DNA of 63,084 bases, the filler included, from Rhabdomonas costata (taxonomy: Eukaryota): assembly GCA_019059605.1 (NCBI GenBank). It is 33 parts of 33 records of this genome, joined end to end, with 100 filler letters (N's around TTAATTAATTAA, not from the genome) between each part and the next. Parts side by side here need not be neighbours in the genome. Positions count along the whole stretch, not along the records: positions 24,914 to 26,728 come from JAHMHO010008662.1; positions 26,829 to 28,643 come from JAHMHO010008663.1; positions 28,744 to 30,558 come from JAHMHO010008664.1; positions 30,659 to 32,470 come from JAHMHO010008665.1; positions 32,571 to 34,385 come from JAHMHO010008666.1; positions 34,486 to 36,299 come from JAHMHO010008667.1; positions 36,400 to 38,214 come from JAHMHO010008668.1; 26 more parts are not named here. One strand, 5' to 3'. The notes beneath the pieces are model-generated. The model worked only from the letters and a program-made list of their open reading frames with translations, was not told the origin of the DNA and searched no databases. Both the position numbers and the translations under genes were made by a program. This document shows positions 25,181 to 38,210 of the stretch, piece after piece; the first letter of the stretch is position 1; each line of letters opens with the position of its first letter.

Positions 25181-26974
25181 GAATCCTACAAGAGATTTCT
25201 GCACGGCGGGGATACCTCTCCACTGCAAGCCAAGGCCACCCAGGGTATTCCGTAATCACACACACTCTCTGTCTTTTAGTCCGCTTTCTCTCTCATTCTT
25301 TCGCACATAACCCCCCACCTCAACCTCAGCCCCAGTGCATCCATCATCACGTCATCCCAAACCTTGTACACGCAGAACCCGAACCATCCTCCCATTTCAG
25401 ATGCGAAGCATCCCTCAAAAAGTCGACCTCCACCCCACAGTCCCAAAAGCCTGACGAAGAGCGTCGAAGGCAGGCGGAGATGGTGCCTTGCTGATGCTGA
25501 CTCAACCACTCCGCCAGGGTCGAAATGCCAGTCACTCCAGTAAGACATCAGATCGTTCAGCTGCTCAATCCAGAGTTCACCCCTTTCACCTAACTTACAC
25601 TCTCTTTTAGCCCCTCTTTTAGCTGCGCGACAAGGGCCCCGCAGGACAGAAGGGACATCAGGTTTTTTTTTCGAACAACACGTCATTCCTGCTCTAGGTC
25701 GCAACAAGGAAAACAAGAAAGCTAAGAAAAATACATCCTCCCTATGCCTGAGCAATGCTATGAGCAATGAAGGTGTGAAGGCGAAGAGCGCCATCAGAGT
25801 TATCACCCGAGGGAGGAGGAACAGAGGTTATGGGGCGAGTGGGCAGAGAGGTACGGTGGAGGAGTCGAATGGCAAGGACAAGCAACAAAGTCACGGGGTC
25901 GGAGAATCGCGCAAGGCTCCCGGTGCCAAAGAGCTCGATAGGCGAGGAGATAGGGAGAATCCCTCATTGGTTTTCGCACTCGTGCCTCTCCAGCTCTCAA
26001 ATTCCCCATAGGATGAGACCTGAAGGTAATGCACATACACAGCAACAGTTCCATTTATGATACTCCCTTAAACACCATCCCGCGCATCCTAGCCTCTGCG
26101 GAAAGTCCGCGCTGGTCCAAACGTGCTTTTTTCTTATGAGAAAAATTGAATCCACCAAAAGGAGCACCAGCTGGTGTTCTTGTCACAAGTGCCACCACGC
26201 CCAGCTTGGCAAGCACGCAAAAGAAGCGCGTACACGAACACGCGCTTCCCCAGGTGCCGGTACTGCACCGGATATCAGTGACATCGTCGCGGAGCCGGCT
26301 GACCCTCGCAGCTTGGCAACCTCCTCCCCTCCTCCTCTCGGTGCTTGCGCCTTTCGCTTCTGTATTGCTTTGCGTTGCCACCTCTGCACGGGAGTGGGAG
26401 GAGGGACCGTGGGCTTTATTTTTCTGAAATATTTTCCCTCATTCATCTTGTGTGTTAGGCACGACAGGCACACCGTAGAGGGTAGATTCCCAATCCGAGA
26501 AATGGCCTGGTATTGGGAGGATGTTTCGAGAAGTTCGAAAGCCTACTGGAGGAAGGAAATTCCTCCTGAACAAAAATGACTCGTACACGTGCCCGTTTGT
26601 GCGAATGCGTGTATCTTTTGACCCTTCAATTACGTATAAAGCACTGTTGCAAATGTCAAACGATTTGTGAAATATCTGTGTGTTTGCCCGCTTGCAAAGT
26701 TAAATCTAAAAAAGGCCGCACCACACAANNNNNNNNNNNNNNNNNNNNNNNNNNNNNNNNNNNNNNNNNNNNTTAATTAATTAANNNNNNNNNNNNNNNN
26801 NNNNNNNNNNNNNNNNNNNNNNNNNNNNGGTTTTTGGGTCCATCTCCACCGGTCAAGAGTCCGGCTGGTGACACCCACAATGCGAATAAGCTGCCCCTAG
26901 CTGCCGAGCCACTTTGCGGAGATAATAAAGATGAAGGTTTGAAAATCTGGGGGACCCTGGGGCATGGGGAAAGA

Positions 26975-28018
26975 TTAGCTGTCAGGTAGAACATGTTCGA
27001 TATCCTCCTCGCTGAGAGAGCAGGTGGTTGAGCTGGTTGTTACAAGCGGGCTTCACAACAGAACACGGCACGCTTCCCGCCGCTTCTGGGATGCGTCGCT
27101 GTTGTCCAAGGGAATGTACACGGTGGTATACCTGGTCCTTGAGGTATACGCAAAGCCGAAAGTCTGGTACAGTGCGGTCCGGTTACCTCGGGGGCCAGAT
27201 CGCATCTCCCTTCTCAGAAATAAAAGGAAAAGGTTTACTGTACGAAGTTCAGCGCACACACACACACACATACACTGCGAGCTGAATGCGGTATGGCCCC
27301 GTCCTGCTGAAACCAGACCTTTGAGAGGGGTACTCCTTGCTCCTCTATGCTGACCACCTGGTCCCGAATTAGGCACAGTTTCCGAGCGCCTGTGAATGTT
27401 ATTGGGCGCCCTCTTTTGGTAATGAAGAAGGGACCGAGAATTCCCTTGGACCAAACCCCGCAATATACAGTTATAGAGGGGCTTTGCCCTTCTTGTTTGT
27501 TAATGGCGTGGGGTCTCTCGGTCTCCCATATTCTGGCGTTCTGCTTGTTCACTGTTACATCCGAGCAGAACTGCGCCTCATTAGTCATGAGCAAGAAGTC
27601 AGAAGCCAGAAGACTTCCCTAGGCCCACCTGCAGAATTGCAACCGTTGGCATTGTCCCCACCCCCGCTGTCACTGTACCAACTGGAGTTTATACGCATAC
27701 AATCCCAATTGTTTACTTTAGATATTGTAAACTGCGCTTTGGGCTACGCTGTCCCATTCGAACAGCCAGACAATCGAGAGATCGAGAGATGAGGGTTGCG
27801 TGTCAAGGCCCGGCTTATGGCCCGTACCCTGGCGCAGGGCGTGGGAGCCCACAGGAACAACCATTCCGAGGGTTTGAAAACCTCGCACCCACCGCCGCAG
27901 CAGTCTCGCAGAAGGCACGCCCCTCCAGCCTGGTTCACGCCGCAAAGCGCGCTGCGTAAGGACTTGGAGCGCGGATATGCGCACACAGCCACAACCCTCT
28001 GTGGCGTTCTCAAACCAT
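26975..28018 (-). mobile_element. Tc1/mariner-superfamily transposase pseudogene, DD41D (rosa/Visitor)-like with DUF4817-type HTH
   Basis: TQRALRR...P....RRWVRGFQTLG; LGLYAYKLQLVQ; NEAQF....VNKQNARIW; VYCGVWSKGILGPFF; WFQQDGAIPH; WPPR*PD....DF....YLKDQVY; GG.IEHVL. Multiple stops and frameshifts. Confidence 0.9.
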
Positions 28019-28743
28019 CGTGTTTGGATTATTTTTCGGGGGGTGTTTTTGCAGCAAGAACACAAGGGGAGAAAAGCTAATCATAGCAGGTGGGTCTGTC
28101 ATGTAAAGAATCTCACAGGTGCCCACTTCGCACCAATGCGGACCTCAAAGGAACTACTCTACTGTTAAATTTTAATGCAAATTCATGTTGGGTCAAAAAC
28201 TCGTGGACGCACGTTAGCTCACTAACTCCGTGCAACTGGTCAGGAGTGAGTGCGTTTGCTTGTGGGTGTTCGGACCAGGTTACTCCATCGTCACGTTGAA
28301 GTTCTTCGGCAACCATCAGTTGTCGCTGTACTTCGTGCCCTCGCAGTACACCCGCAGCCTCCAAAGCCACATCCAGGGATGGTCGGGCCTCTTCTAAAAC
28401 AACTCACGCCTCGCCACCCTCAAAGTCCTTAGGCCGACAATTATTCGAATTCACCTTTCGCCGTCCAAGTGCCCTCAGTTAAGGTTACCATTCCCGTTCA
28501 CCATGATCATCCAACCACCCGATCCCACGCGCAGATAGCTACACTCCCTCCCTTTCAGCTTCTCAGCTCTTTACCGTGTCCTCGCAGTGAGTGTACCTCT
28601 GCCGTTGGACATCGTGGATCCCAGCTCCACTCCCCCCCAAACCNNNNNNNNNNNNNNNNNNNNNNNNNNNNNNNNNNNNNNNNNNNNTTAATTAATTAAN
28701 NNNNNNNNNNNNNNNNNNNNNNNNNNNNNNNNNNNNNNNNNNN

Positions 28744-30388
28744 TGTGTGGTGTGTTTGGTGTTTGTGGTGGGGTGTGGGGGTGGCAGTGTTTCCCCGAGC
28801 CCAGACATCGTGACCACGGCTGCGGTGACGCTGGGTCTGCGGTGTGCCACGGGTGCCTCCCTGCGAAGCGGCCCAGAATTAGGCCAAACTTCCTCCTGCT
28901 GCACCTCGGAGAACTTTGTGCGGTGTGTGATGGAAGTCCCCGGGCTGTGGGCCCGTCTGGAGCCGTCCCTGCGCGCTCCTGTGGTGCAGCTGTGCACGAC
29001 GGTGGCCGCACGTGTGGCGAAGCGGGAGATCCTTGTAACGGTGCGCGGAGAATACTTCTCCCTTTGGGCGGTTTCTTCCTCACTTTTCCACGGGAACAGA
29101 TCTCAGGACGGTGATTTTATGGCCCCGCGACTACCTGCTGCTATGATAGACTGCATATTGCAGCGGTGGGCTTCGTTGTTGTTTCGTTTGGTGGTTATGC
29201 TTCGCATGGAACTACTCCGTGATACATCATCGTTTTGTATGCGTCGCCACCAAGTACACAAACCGACCAAATCAACTCGAATTCTGCAGGGCGCCCGCCA
29301 AGGATAGGTTACGAATTCTCTGCGCTTCTTCATAGAACTCCGGCTCGGGCGAGAGCACGAGCTGGTTGTGGAAGTTCTTTCTCGGGAACTGGGTGGAGCT
29401 GCGGTCAGTCCAAGGGGCAACCCTGGGCGATGAGGTTTGCCATGCTCTCTATTTGGTGCTGATACGCACTGCATTTTGCATGAGACCGTTTTGGGGACTT
29501 TTTTTTGCACACCTTGGGACGTTACCACCCACTATTTGTGCGTATTTTCTCGAATGTGAATGGGTTGTGTTGAGTGGTCTATTTGGTTAAGGGTTGCATG
29601 GTCTTGACGATTTTGATTCTGGGTTTTGCTTATAATTGTGCGTGGAGGTGGGTGCTTCTCAGGAGTGGTTGCTTCCGCTGAAGGCTATGCTGGGGGTTCT
29701 CCCTCCCCGCGCCGTGGTGAAGGCCGCGCTGGAGGCGCACACCACTTTGGCTGCTCAGACAGCACTCCTGTGGGACGCTTCCACTCGCACCCGCCTTTTC
29801 GGGGGTCTTCTCACCTCGGTGCGCAGCGCACGGTTGGGTTGGTTGATGGCACTTTGCCGGGGAGCTGCATGCAGATATGATTTTTTCTGATACAAAGAAT
29901 CCACAGAATAGCTTTGATGTCACTGCTCCATGCTCTTCTGGGTAGCTGCTCACTTTGTGCGGAAGCAATCACGGCCAATATGTATATTCTGTTTTGCGCT
30001 CAATGTGCAATCCTCCTGAGCATGTATTCCGATGTGCAATCCCAAAATGGGAACGAATCCGCAGTGCGCCATCCGTACCGCGCGTTCATGCAGGGGTCTC
30101 AATCGGGCCCCTCTTCGCTGGCCGTGAAATCCGCGGCTGCCCCAGCGCCAGGCACGGAGCTTGCCAAGGTGAAGGCCGTTCTCCGCGAGAAAGCAGACCG
30201 CCTGCTCTCTTTGATTCACCGAATTACCTCAGACGACACTTCAGATGCCACGGCGAACAGCAGTAGTAGCAGCAGTAGCAGCAGCCGTGGCGCTGGCTAT
30301 GGAGCACCGGGGCAGGCCAAGCAGGGCTTCACTTTCGAGCCTCCGCCGTGGTTACTGGCCTGCGAGACGTATAACACCTTGCTGGAAG
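28744..30388 (+). CDS. Hypothetical multi-exon protein (helical; boundaries approximate)
   Basis: Several GC-rich open frames ending at GT donors (approx 29040, 29818, 30388). No family recognised. Confidence 0.45.
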
Positions 30389-30792
30389 GTGCTGCTCTAT
30401 GCTGTGAACTGCCACGAGTCTAATGAGTCTAATGATAAGTTGAATTTTTTGGAGGTTATTTGGAGTCGCATAAGCCGTACGGCATCAAGCATTCTGCTAA
30501 CCACATGGCTGTGGAAGTGCTGACCCACTATTTGTGAAGTGTGAAATGTGAAATCTCANNNNNNNNNNNNNNNNNNNNNNNNNNNNNNNNNNNNNNNNNN
30601 NNTTAATTAATTAANNNNNNNNNNNNNNNNNNNNNNNNNNNNNNNNNNNNNNNNNNNNGGGATGGTGATATAATGGAAACCCTCAGTGACCTGTATATAG
30701 GAGCATGGCACAACGCATGCCCTGATAAAAGCAAAGCTCAAAAGCACGTGCTGAAACCCCCAAGCCGGCCCCCACCCGCAACTGCGGTCAAG

Positions 30793-31963
30793 CTAGCGCG
30801 GGCAAGAGACAGCCTTCCGTTGCAGCCATCGGGTCCGCTCGTGGTTAGGTACGGAACCCTGGGTCATCATCGAAGCACGACAAGGGGAGACATGGGGGTA
30901 GTAGAGCACTGCACTGCCTGCACTGCACTGCACTGAAGGAACGTAAATGATGCGGAAAAACAATGAGCTTCGGGAGGAGGATGGAGAGAATGCTGTGAAA
31001 AATGAGCGAAGGAGGGATATGGGGAGGCAAGGGTGAAGACAATGGCATGGGAAGGGATGTCTCACGAATGCCTTAGCGGGCGAGACCCCGAAGCATGGCG
31101 TGGACTCGTTTCACTGCCCCCTTCAGGCGGGGGAGAAGGGGTCGTGGAGCTTTGCTTCCAGAGGGGTTCCTGAAAGACGAGAAAAGGCTTATAGCGAGAG
31201 GCCCGATTGAACCAACACGAAGGGGTAGATACACCGTCGCTAGCTGAGCGACAAGGGAAGTCTTCGACGCGTGAAGAAAGCACGTGTGCCTTTCTGATGT
31301 CCAAACTTACATGAAAAACAACATTCTCTCAAAAGACACCACGGCACACACAGTTCTTCCTCAGTGGACATGGGGTCCAGCAGGAAACGGAGGCCATTTG
31401 AACGGGACGGCAATTAATAGCCTCCTTAACATCTCAGATCCAAAATATAGTGTGTTGCCCTATCTAAAGACCCCCTTCGTTCGTGGGCACCCCCTAATTC
31501 AGATACAAGCATAGAGTGCAGTCTTAGTGATCTCGAGCGTCTCTCAAACAACACCAACGATCGAGCAGTAGTTCACGCGTTGAGCTCGGGGTGGGCTTGG
31601 CCATAATTTAAACTCACCCCGACGGGACCCATAGATCCCACAGTGTCTGTCTTCTACCCTAACGAGGAGGAGTCTTTGGGGGGCAGGCATCCTCTCTGCG
31701 GGTTTCCACAGCCTCTTCCTGCTGGCATTCTTCCCATTCCCGACACGTTCATCGACGCAACCTGGAAGGCCCTGGGCTTGAGGCGAGCTCCAGGCCGGGG
31801 TCAGGCAGCACAGGGACAGAGAACGTCACCCTCAGCCTCCGCCGCGTTGTGGGCGAGCACTTAGGCGAGGCCAAGCTGAGACTCGGGCGAGGACTGACCC
31901 GGCTGGAGACCGGTGACAGTCCAATGGCAGGGGAGAAGTCGCCCCCTTCAGGGGCCTGGTGCT
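30793..31963 (-). CDS. Possible Ser/Pro-rich hypothetical protein exons
   Basis: Short frames after polypyrimidine-AG acceptors (e.g. EPLWKQSSTTPSPPPEGGSETSPR). Confidence 0.3.
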
Positions 31964-32585
31964 GCTGTTTGAATGGTTAAAACGACTGGTAAACACATTG
32001 ACAAGGGCCCAAAAGCAAAGCTTTCTTCACGCCTTGTGTGAACGAGGGGAAAATCGAAGAGCGAAGTAGAAACGCACAAACGAGGTTCACCAGGTAAAAG
32101 GGGTGGGGGTCGGTCCACCTTTCCTTGTCAAGGGACGGAAAAAGCAAAAGCGTCTCACCTCCAATGTGAGGCTGGCGCAATGCGACAGAAACAATAGCCT
32201 TCACTATGGGATTCATGGATAAGACGACGAAGGCGACGACGGGGCTTTCTCACGATAGTAAACCTCATTCCGGGGGCTCGGCCCCAATGTTTTGATCCAT
32301 TAGTGTCAGACCAATAGGCGCAGAAGTACAGGACCAGTGCACGAGTCCACATGGTATTGCCTTAGGCGCACCTGAGAGGCCGAGCTGACCGCTGACACAT
32401 CCGTTGAAGACACCTAACTGCGCGTAACCATGCGTCTTTTTCCAACCGGGAGCTCGTACCCCCCCAACAANNNNNNNNNNNNNNNNNNNNNNNNNNNNNN
32501 NNNNNNNNNNNNNNTTAATTAATTAANNNNNNNNNNNNNNNNNNNNNNNNNNNNNNNNNNNNNNNNNNNNTGTGTTTTGATTCAG

Positions 32586-32982
32586 GATCGCCCTGTGCGG
32601 GGTGTTGATCCTGAATTCCGCGATGGTGGTGTACGTGCGGAGGACACTGTACTCGGAAACCCGCCGGCTGCACCTGGCGCACTCCAAGCAGCTCGCGGAC
32701 AACATGCTTGCTTCGGAGATTGCGAAGCGCATTGCGGTGCGATCTTTTTGCTCAATGACAATCAGCGCTCAATGCGATGAACTTGCGATGCTTTTGTTCC
32801 GCAGTTGCAGTTGCGCATGAATTTATTTAGGCGGCCGCAGGCCTGCAGCTGTCCAGCAAATCCGCCCCCCTTCTCACTCGGCATCGTACCGGTGCCTACC
32901 CACATTCTCGCAGGTGATGCAGTTGGATGACATCGACAAGCTTTTTATCAACGAGCACAGCCCTTTGGTGGGGGTGCTGCAG
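32586..32982 (+). CDS. Membrane protein fragment, possibly the juxtamembrane region of a receptor-type cyclase (exons 32586-32736, 32914-32982)
   Basis: TM-like IALCGVLILNSAMVVYV followed by a helical linker ASEIAKRIA|VMQLDDIDKLF...LVGVLQ. GT-AG phases consistent; family assignment tentative. Confidence 0.45.
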
Positions 32983-35061
32983 GTTAGTACTTCTTTTGCA
33001 ATGGAGGTCGAACTCATCACCTTTATTCTGATGTTGACTGCGGCATGCCTTGAGTGGGATGGGATGACCAATTTTCATGGCGACTGGGATGAGGTTGTCG
33101 ATTTGTCGCGGACCGCCTCGAAGATGTCGCCTTAAACCGCTGCCAAGGCTATTCGCATTTCCTCCTCAGTGCTACCCAAAAACGACGGGACCAGTAGTGG
33201 CAATGAACAGCGCGAGGGACGGGATGCAGGTGGCGGGGCCAAGTGGCTTTGAAACCCTCTTTTGAGCTTGAAGCCCGTGCTTTGCCATGGTCTGAGTTCC
33301 CTGCCCGTCTGGTTGGAGGATGCTCCTCTTTCCCCTGTGGACCTTCCCGCTGGGTCACTGCGCAAACGGCTGGCCTTTCCAATATGGGTGGATCCGAGAC
33401 GCCTCGGGAATCGCGAGGTAATACTTAGGCGGTATGGAGGTTTGATGCCTGTCGAAAGCAGAAACACAGCTCCCAGCCCAACTTCCGCCAACCCGCACCA
33501 AAAAGTTGCCCGCCACGCATCCATCTCCCACAGCAAAAGGTGCCGTCATAGCCGACCCCGAACTCTTCCAAGCGATCAAATCACAGTCGACAACCAACCA
33601 GAAAAGTGCTCTTGCTTAGTTTCTTGCTTGTTGGCGTTTTTGAGGAATGGCCCGGGGTGTGACTTCAGCATGCCACGCAACGAGTTCCGCGGAACCGGTC
33701 CGAGACAAACCAGTGGCGCACCCCAAGCCCCGAGAGACCCCGGTGACCGAACACAACGGAAGGCCCACATCAACGCACGCTTTCCGTGGACACAACCTTG
33801 ATAATTGATATACAGTGGGCCTCCGCTGGTATGCTGTCCACGGTTCTCCAATGTTATGGTTTTCTCATATTTTTTATTATTTTGGGGGGACAGTGAGGGC
33901 GAAAGAAGAAAGACAGAAAGTGACCGCAAAGTTGGAAAAGATGTTCCTAGCATACAACGCGATCTGCCTGGGTGCCCCCACGGAGATCCCCGTAATCCTG
34001 TTGTGAGCCACAGGGCACCGGTTCATCACACAGCAGGACAGGAATCTCCTCTTGTCATGCGGGTCCCAGGCACGTACAACGCGTACATGCCAAAATAACA
34101 AAAGAAACTCACCCGAAAACACACCCGGCCACCGGCAAGTGCAGCGGCTGCCTAAAAACCCGAAAAAGGAGACCTAGCAACCACCACCGGCGCACCCTAG
34201 CTCAAAGAACCAAAATGAGGTGGACGCCTGCCCCAACATTCAAACCCAACTCCCGATGACGGAGAAAAGGGAACGGTGCAGACACCCTGCGCACAACGTC
34301 CCACGAGGGGTGCCCTGCCCGAAGGCCATGTGGGGAGGACGCCGGACCGTCCACTCAGGCAACGGCTGAGCATACTACTCACAAANNNNNNNNNNNNNNN
34401 NNNNNNNNNNNNNNNNNNNNNNNNNNNNNTTAATTAATTAANNNNNNNNNNNNNNNNNNNNNNNNNNNNNNNNNNNNNNNNNNNNGGAAACTGGAGCAGG
34501 ACAACCAAATGTTGAAGTTCATAGGACATAAATCGTCTTCTTGGAGTTTGGAGAAAGGTGAAACTGATCGGCTCAGAACACAGGCAAAAGAAAAACGGAT
34601 CGGTGTCTTTTCAGCGAGTGCAACAGTGGAAGAAACTCAGCGAGTGCAGGATTATCGACCCGACACACAGGAAAAAGAGCAAAGGATCCCCATGCGACAA
34701 CAGTGAAGTAGAAAGCAGTGCCAGCAGCCGCAAGCGGATGCGAAAGCATGGAAAGGAGACCCACATGAACGACACACCGAGCTCAAAAGAACCGCCATGC
34801 AAAAACCCGACAGGAGGAAAAGGTATATCTCATCGGGTAATACGAACGAATGAAAAAAACGCAGAGGAAACAACACTGCGAGTGAGTGAAGTCAGGAGAG
34901 AATAGAGTAAGAAAGGGAAGCGACAACCCTTGACGCTAGGCGGTGGCGCGCCAGGGCAGGCTCTTTCCCGCTGGCATGGACGTGAAGACGTGTGGCGAAG
35001 TGCGAGTGTGCTCGTCTTCAGTGGTGGGAGATAAGGGAGGGAAGGCGGAATGGGAGACCCC

Positions 35062-35982
35062 TTAGATCCGAGGGGTGCTGGTGCCCAGGAACTGCTCGAT
35101 GACCTCCTCACGCTTGCAACAGAACCGGATGTTGGGGTTCTTCCGCTCGTACTGCTGCTTCAGGGACACCCCCGGAGGGCCCTCCGGCTGTGCGGCCTGC
35201 GGCGACTCCGTGGGCAGGGGCTCCGTGGTGGCGTGCCGTGGTAGCCCCCACACCAGCAGCGTGGGCGGGTAGAACCTACCCCCCACACACACATACCCTG
35301 CACCACATCCGCCTGCAAACGAAAGAGGGTATCGCAAATACAAGTGCACGGGTTGCATGGGCGTATTTGTAGATCTGTGCACAACCAACAACAGGTTCAG
35401 ACCCGGGCAGGAAGGTCGTCAAGGATCGGCCACGGCAACAAAAGCCCGGACAGGCAGGATACAAATGCCATGAGCCCCAAGAGTCACCGCGCAAACAAAA
35501 AACAAAGGGAGGCTGCAAAAGCGATCTTGAAGAGGAAGGAAAAGGGGATGATTAAGGGTGGAGGATTGGCCGATGCGGACATACACCTGTAAGAGCCCCA
35601 AATTCTTTTTGTCTGTAAAGGAAAGGCAACCGGAGCTGGGGCAATCGGCACGTGTGTGAAGGGTGTATGGGGAGTGTAGGGTTGCTTGAGGTACCCAAGT
35701 GTCCTGAAAAGCCTGAGCTCTGAGTGAGACGAAAGAGCAACAACGAAAGAGAAAGGAAAAAGACGATAATTCGTCGTGATCCTCTTTGAGGGCCGGGGGG
35801 GTTCATATGTCATACTCGGTGCAAAGATCGGCGTGGCGGTTCCAGAGAAACTGGATCAGCTGCTTGTGCAGCAGAGGGATCGACTTCCACTTCTCGTCCA
35901 CAAACAAGACTACCCACGACTGCATGAAGTCCCCGTTCTTGAGGCAGCTCTCGATCTCGCACATCTGATTGGTACGGTGCTG
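35062..35982 (-). CDS. Hypothetical protein exons
   Basis: Coding-like frames (CEIESCLKNGDFMQSWVVLFVDEKWKSIPLLHKQLIQFLW; SLKQQYERKNPNIRFCCKREEVIEQFLG*). Confidence 0.45.
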
Positions 35983-36404
35983 TAGAAATGAGAATGAAAA
36001 TGACCAAACCAGAAGTAAAGCAGACACAGAAAAAGTGCTGCGTGGGTCCCCTGAACCTTTGCTATCTGTCAAGCCTTTTCCACACAAAAAAGTCTAATTC
36101 CAGCTGCTCTCTCTCTCGCGCGTGCGCGGTTGATAAGCAGTGTTTGCGTTAACAGGTAAAACTGAAACCCTGAAAATCAACTCACCCTTGCGATCCCCCT
36201 CCACTCCCACGAATCCGCGCTGCAGTTAGCCGTCGCATGCAGAAAGAAAGAGGGAGTTCGGAGCAAAGTGTGGAAGAGTTGACAGCATACCAACACAAAN
36301 NNNNNNNNNNNNNNNNNNNNNNNNNNNNNNNNNNNNNNNNNNNTTAATTAATTAANNNNNNNNNNNNNNNNNNNNNNNNNNNNNNNNNNNNNNNNNNNNG
36401 TTGT

Positions 36405-37935
36405 GTTGGGGAAGGCACCTGCCATGGCCACGGTGGTCAGAGCGCGCTGGCGGCGCTTCCTCCGCAGCCACCTCTCCCGCGCGTGCGCCCGGTCCAGCTC
36501 CTCTGCCGCGTCGTCTTCGAGAGCCTCTGCCTCACGGATCTGACCGCAGCGAGAACAGGAAGCGGAGAGGTGGAGAGGTGAAGTACGGTGGCGTTGGGGA
36601 ATGACAGAAATTAGGCACACTGCAATAACACCATTACTATTTAGGAGGTTTTTTCTCATTTTTCTTCTTTTCAGAGTTGTCGAAAGCTCGAGGCAACGGG
36701 AACCGCTTCGATAGTATTCCATCGAAAGAGTAAGACACTTCAACAACCGGCAGCACTCACAGAATTTTTCAAAAGAAAGCACTGGCCGGAACACGGCGAG
36801 GATTGATTTCTGGTGGTACTCATCCCACAACTCCGCTTCTCATATTGCAAAAAGCAGCGAGAGGAAAGCGCCACCTCGTGGATAGGAGAAAAAAAGATAC
36901 TCTGAGAGCCAAGAACAGAGGTTTTCATGGCAGAAGCGCTGCACAGAAACCTCCATGAGGGTCTTGCGGTACTTCGTTTCCTTGAGCTGCGGGAGGTGCA
37001 GCTTGCGGAGGATGCGATTGAGAGTGCGGTAGGAGGTGTCGATCTTCTGCTTCAGCGCAAACAGCAGCCAGTAGAGCAGCAGGGCCAGAACCAGCACGTT
37101 GATGACCGCGATGAACCCCACAATGGCCCAGAAGCAGCCACTCGGAAGCCTCGCCTTATTCGGCCTTCCTGCAGCCGAGACCTTGTAACAGTTAGAGGTA
37201 GTGGGATGTGATGTGAAGCGAGAGACCATGCTTCCGTAAAGTCCAAATCCTGCCTCCCATGATTCTGCCGCCACCGCTGAGAGATTATCTCCAAGTGTGT
37301 TTTCTCGTTTTTACCATTCACGCATTACGGATTACTGTGGTGAAAGCAAGGTTGACCTGCACCCATGAAAAAAGTTTGATGGTGAACTTCTGCTGTCATG
37401 CTGGTGCGTGGTACACATCTTGGTTGGCGATTTGGAGATTCACCTTGAGGGTCACGAAAATTGCCCGAGAGGTTCCATGATCGCACTTGGCAGACGTGTC
37501 GTTTCAACTGCCATTTTCACTTTACGGTGACCCGGGTCAAGCCACCAATGTCCACAGGGTTGGCAGAAGGTTGCTATTAGGTCGGTTAAGCACAGCACTC
37601 AATCAAATCGCATTGTACTGCACGCAAATCACTGACCCTGTCGCCGCCGTACGGGAACAGCAGCATCAGGTTCGCCGTGATCACTAGAGTAGAAAGGGAT
37701 ATCTGCTCCAGGTATGCCACACGGGGCCAGGCATGGGGCCGCCCCCAGCTCTGTGCCACCAGAGCAAGCGTCAGAAGCCACGCCGCGGCGTACATCTGCA
37801 AGGTGAGGTTTGGGATGTACACGCCGATCAGCACCATCGCCAACTTGCGAGCCATCACCACGGCCTCCCAGAACCACATCTCCTCCCGGTAACCCACCAC
37901 CAAAAAGCTGAACACTCGGAAGGCCCGGCGCTTAC
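36405..37935 (-). CDS. TRP-like multi-pass membrane protein, C-terminal TM region (3 exons)
   Basis: FSFLVVGYREEMWFWEAVVMARK ... RP.....LE..SL ... INV motifs typical of TRP-like C-terminal TM domains of protist surface proteins. Confidence 0.75.
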
Positions 37936-38152
37936 CTAGGCAAACAAGCCGATAAGTCTATGTAGCGTTTAAAGGTTACCCTTCCTGTTAACATTGCAGT
38001 GTTGAAGTCAGCAGGGGTTAACAGAACGAATAGAGGTGTCATAATTCAGACAGACAACGGAATCCACTAATAAGAAATACCATTTCCGCTTAACGTTCGC
38101 ATTGAGCTCGTTGAGACTTTGGAGACAACTGGCTTGGAATCGGTCAGATTTC

Positions 38153-38210
38153 GGTCAACTAAGTCGACGGAATTTTCAGGGAGAAAAAAATTCCGTCGAC
38201 TTAGTTGACC
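38153..38210. repeat. Perfect 24-bp inverted repeat (38153-38176 / 38187-38210) at contig end
   Basis: ggtcaactaagtcgacggaatttt ... aaaattccgtcgacttagttgacc. Confidence 0.95.

Noticed and set aside
28019-28440. Terminal inverted repeats of the mariner element
   Set aside because: No matching pair could be found; the other end probably lies beyond the contig start.
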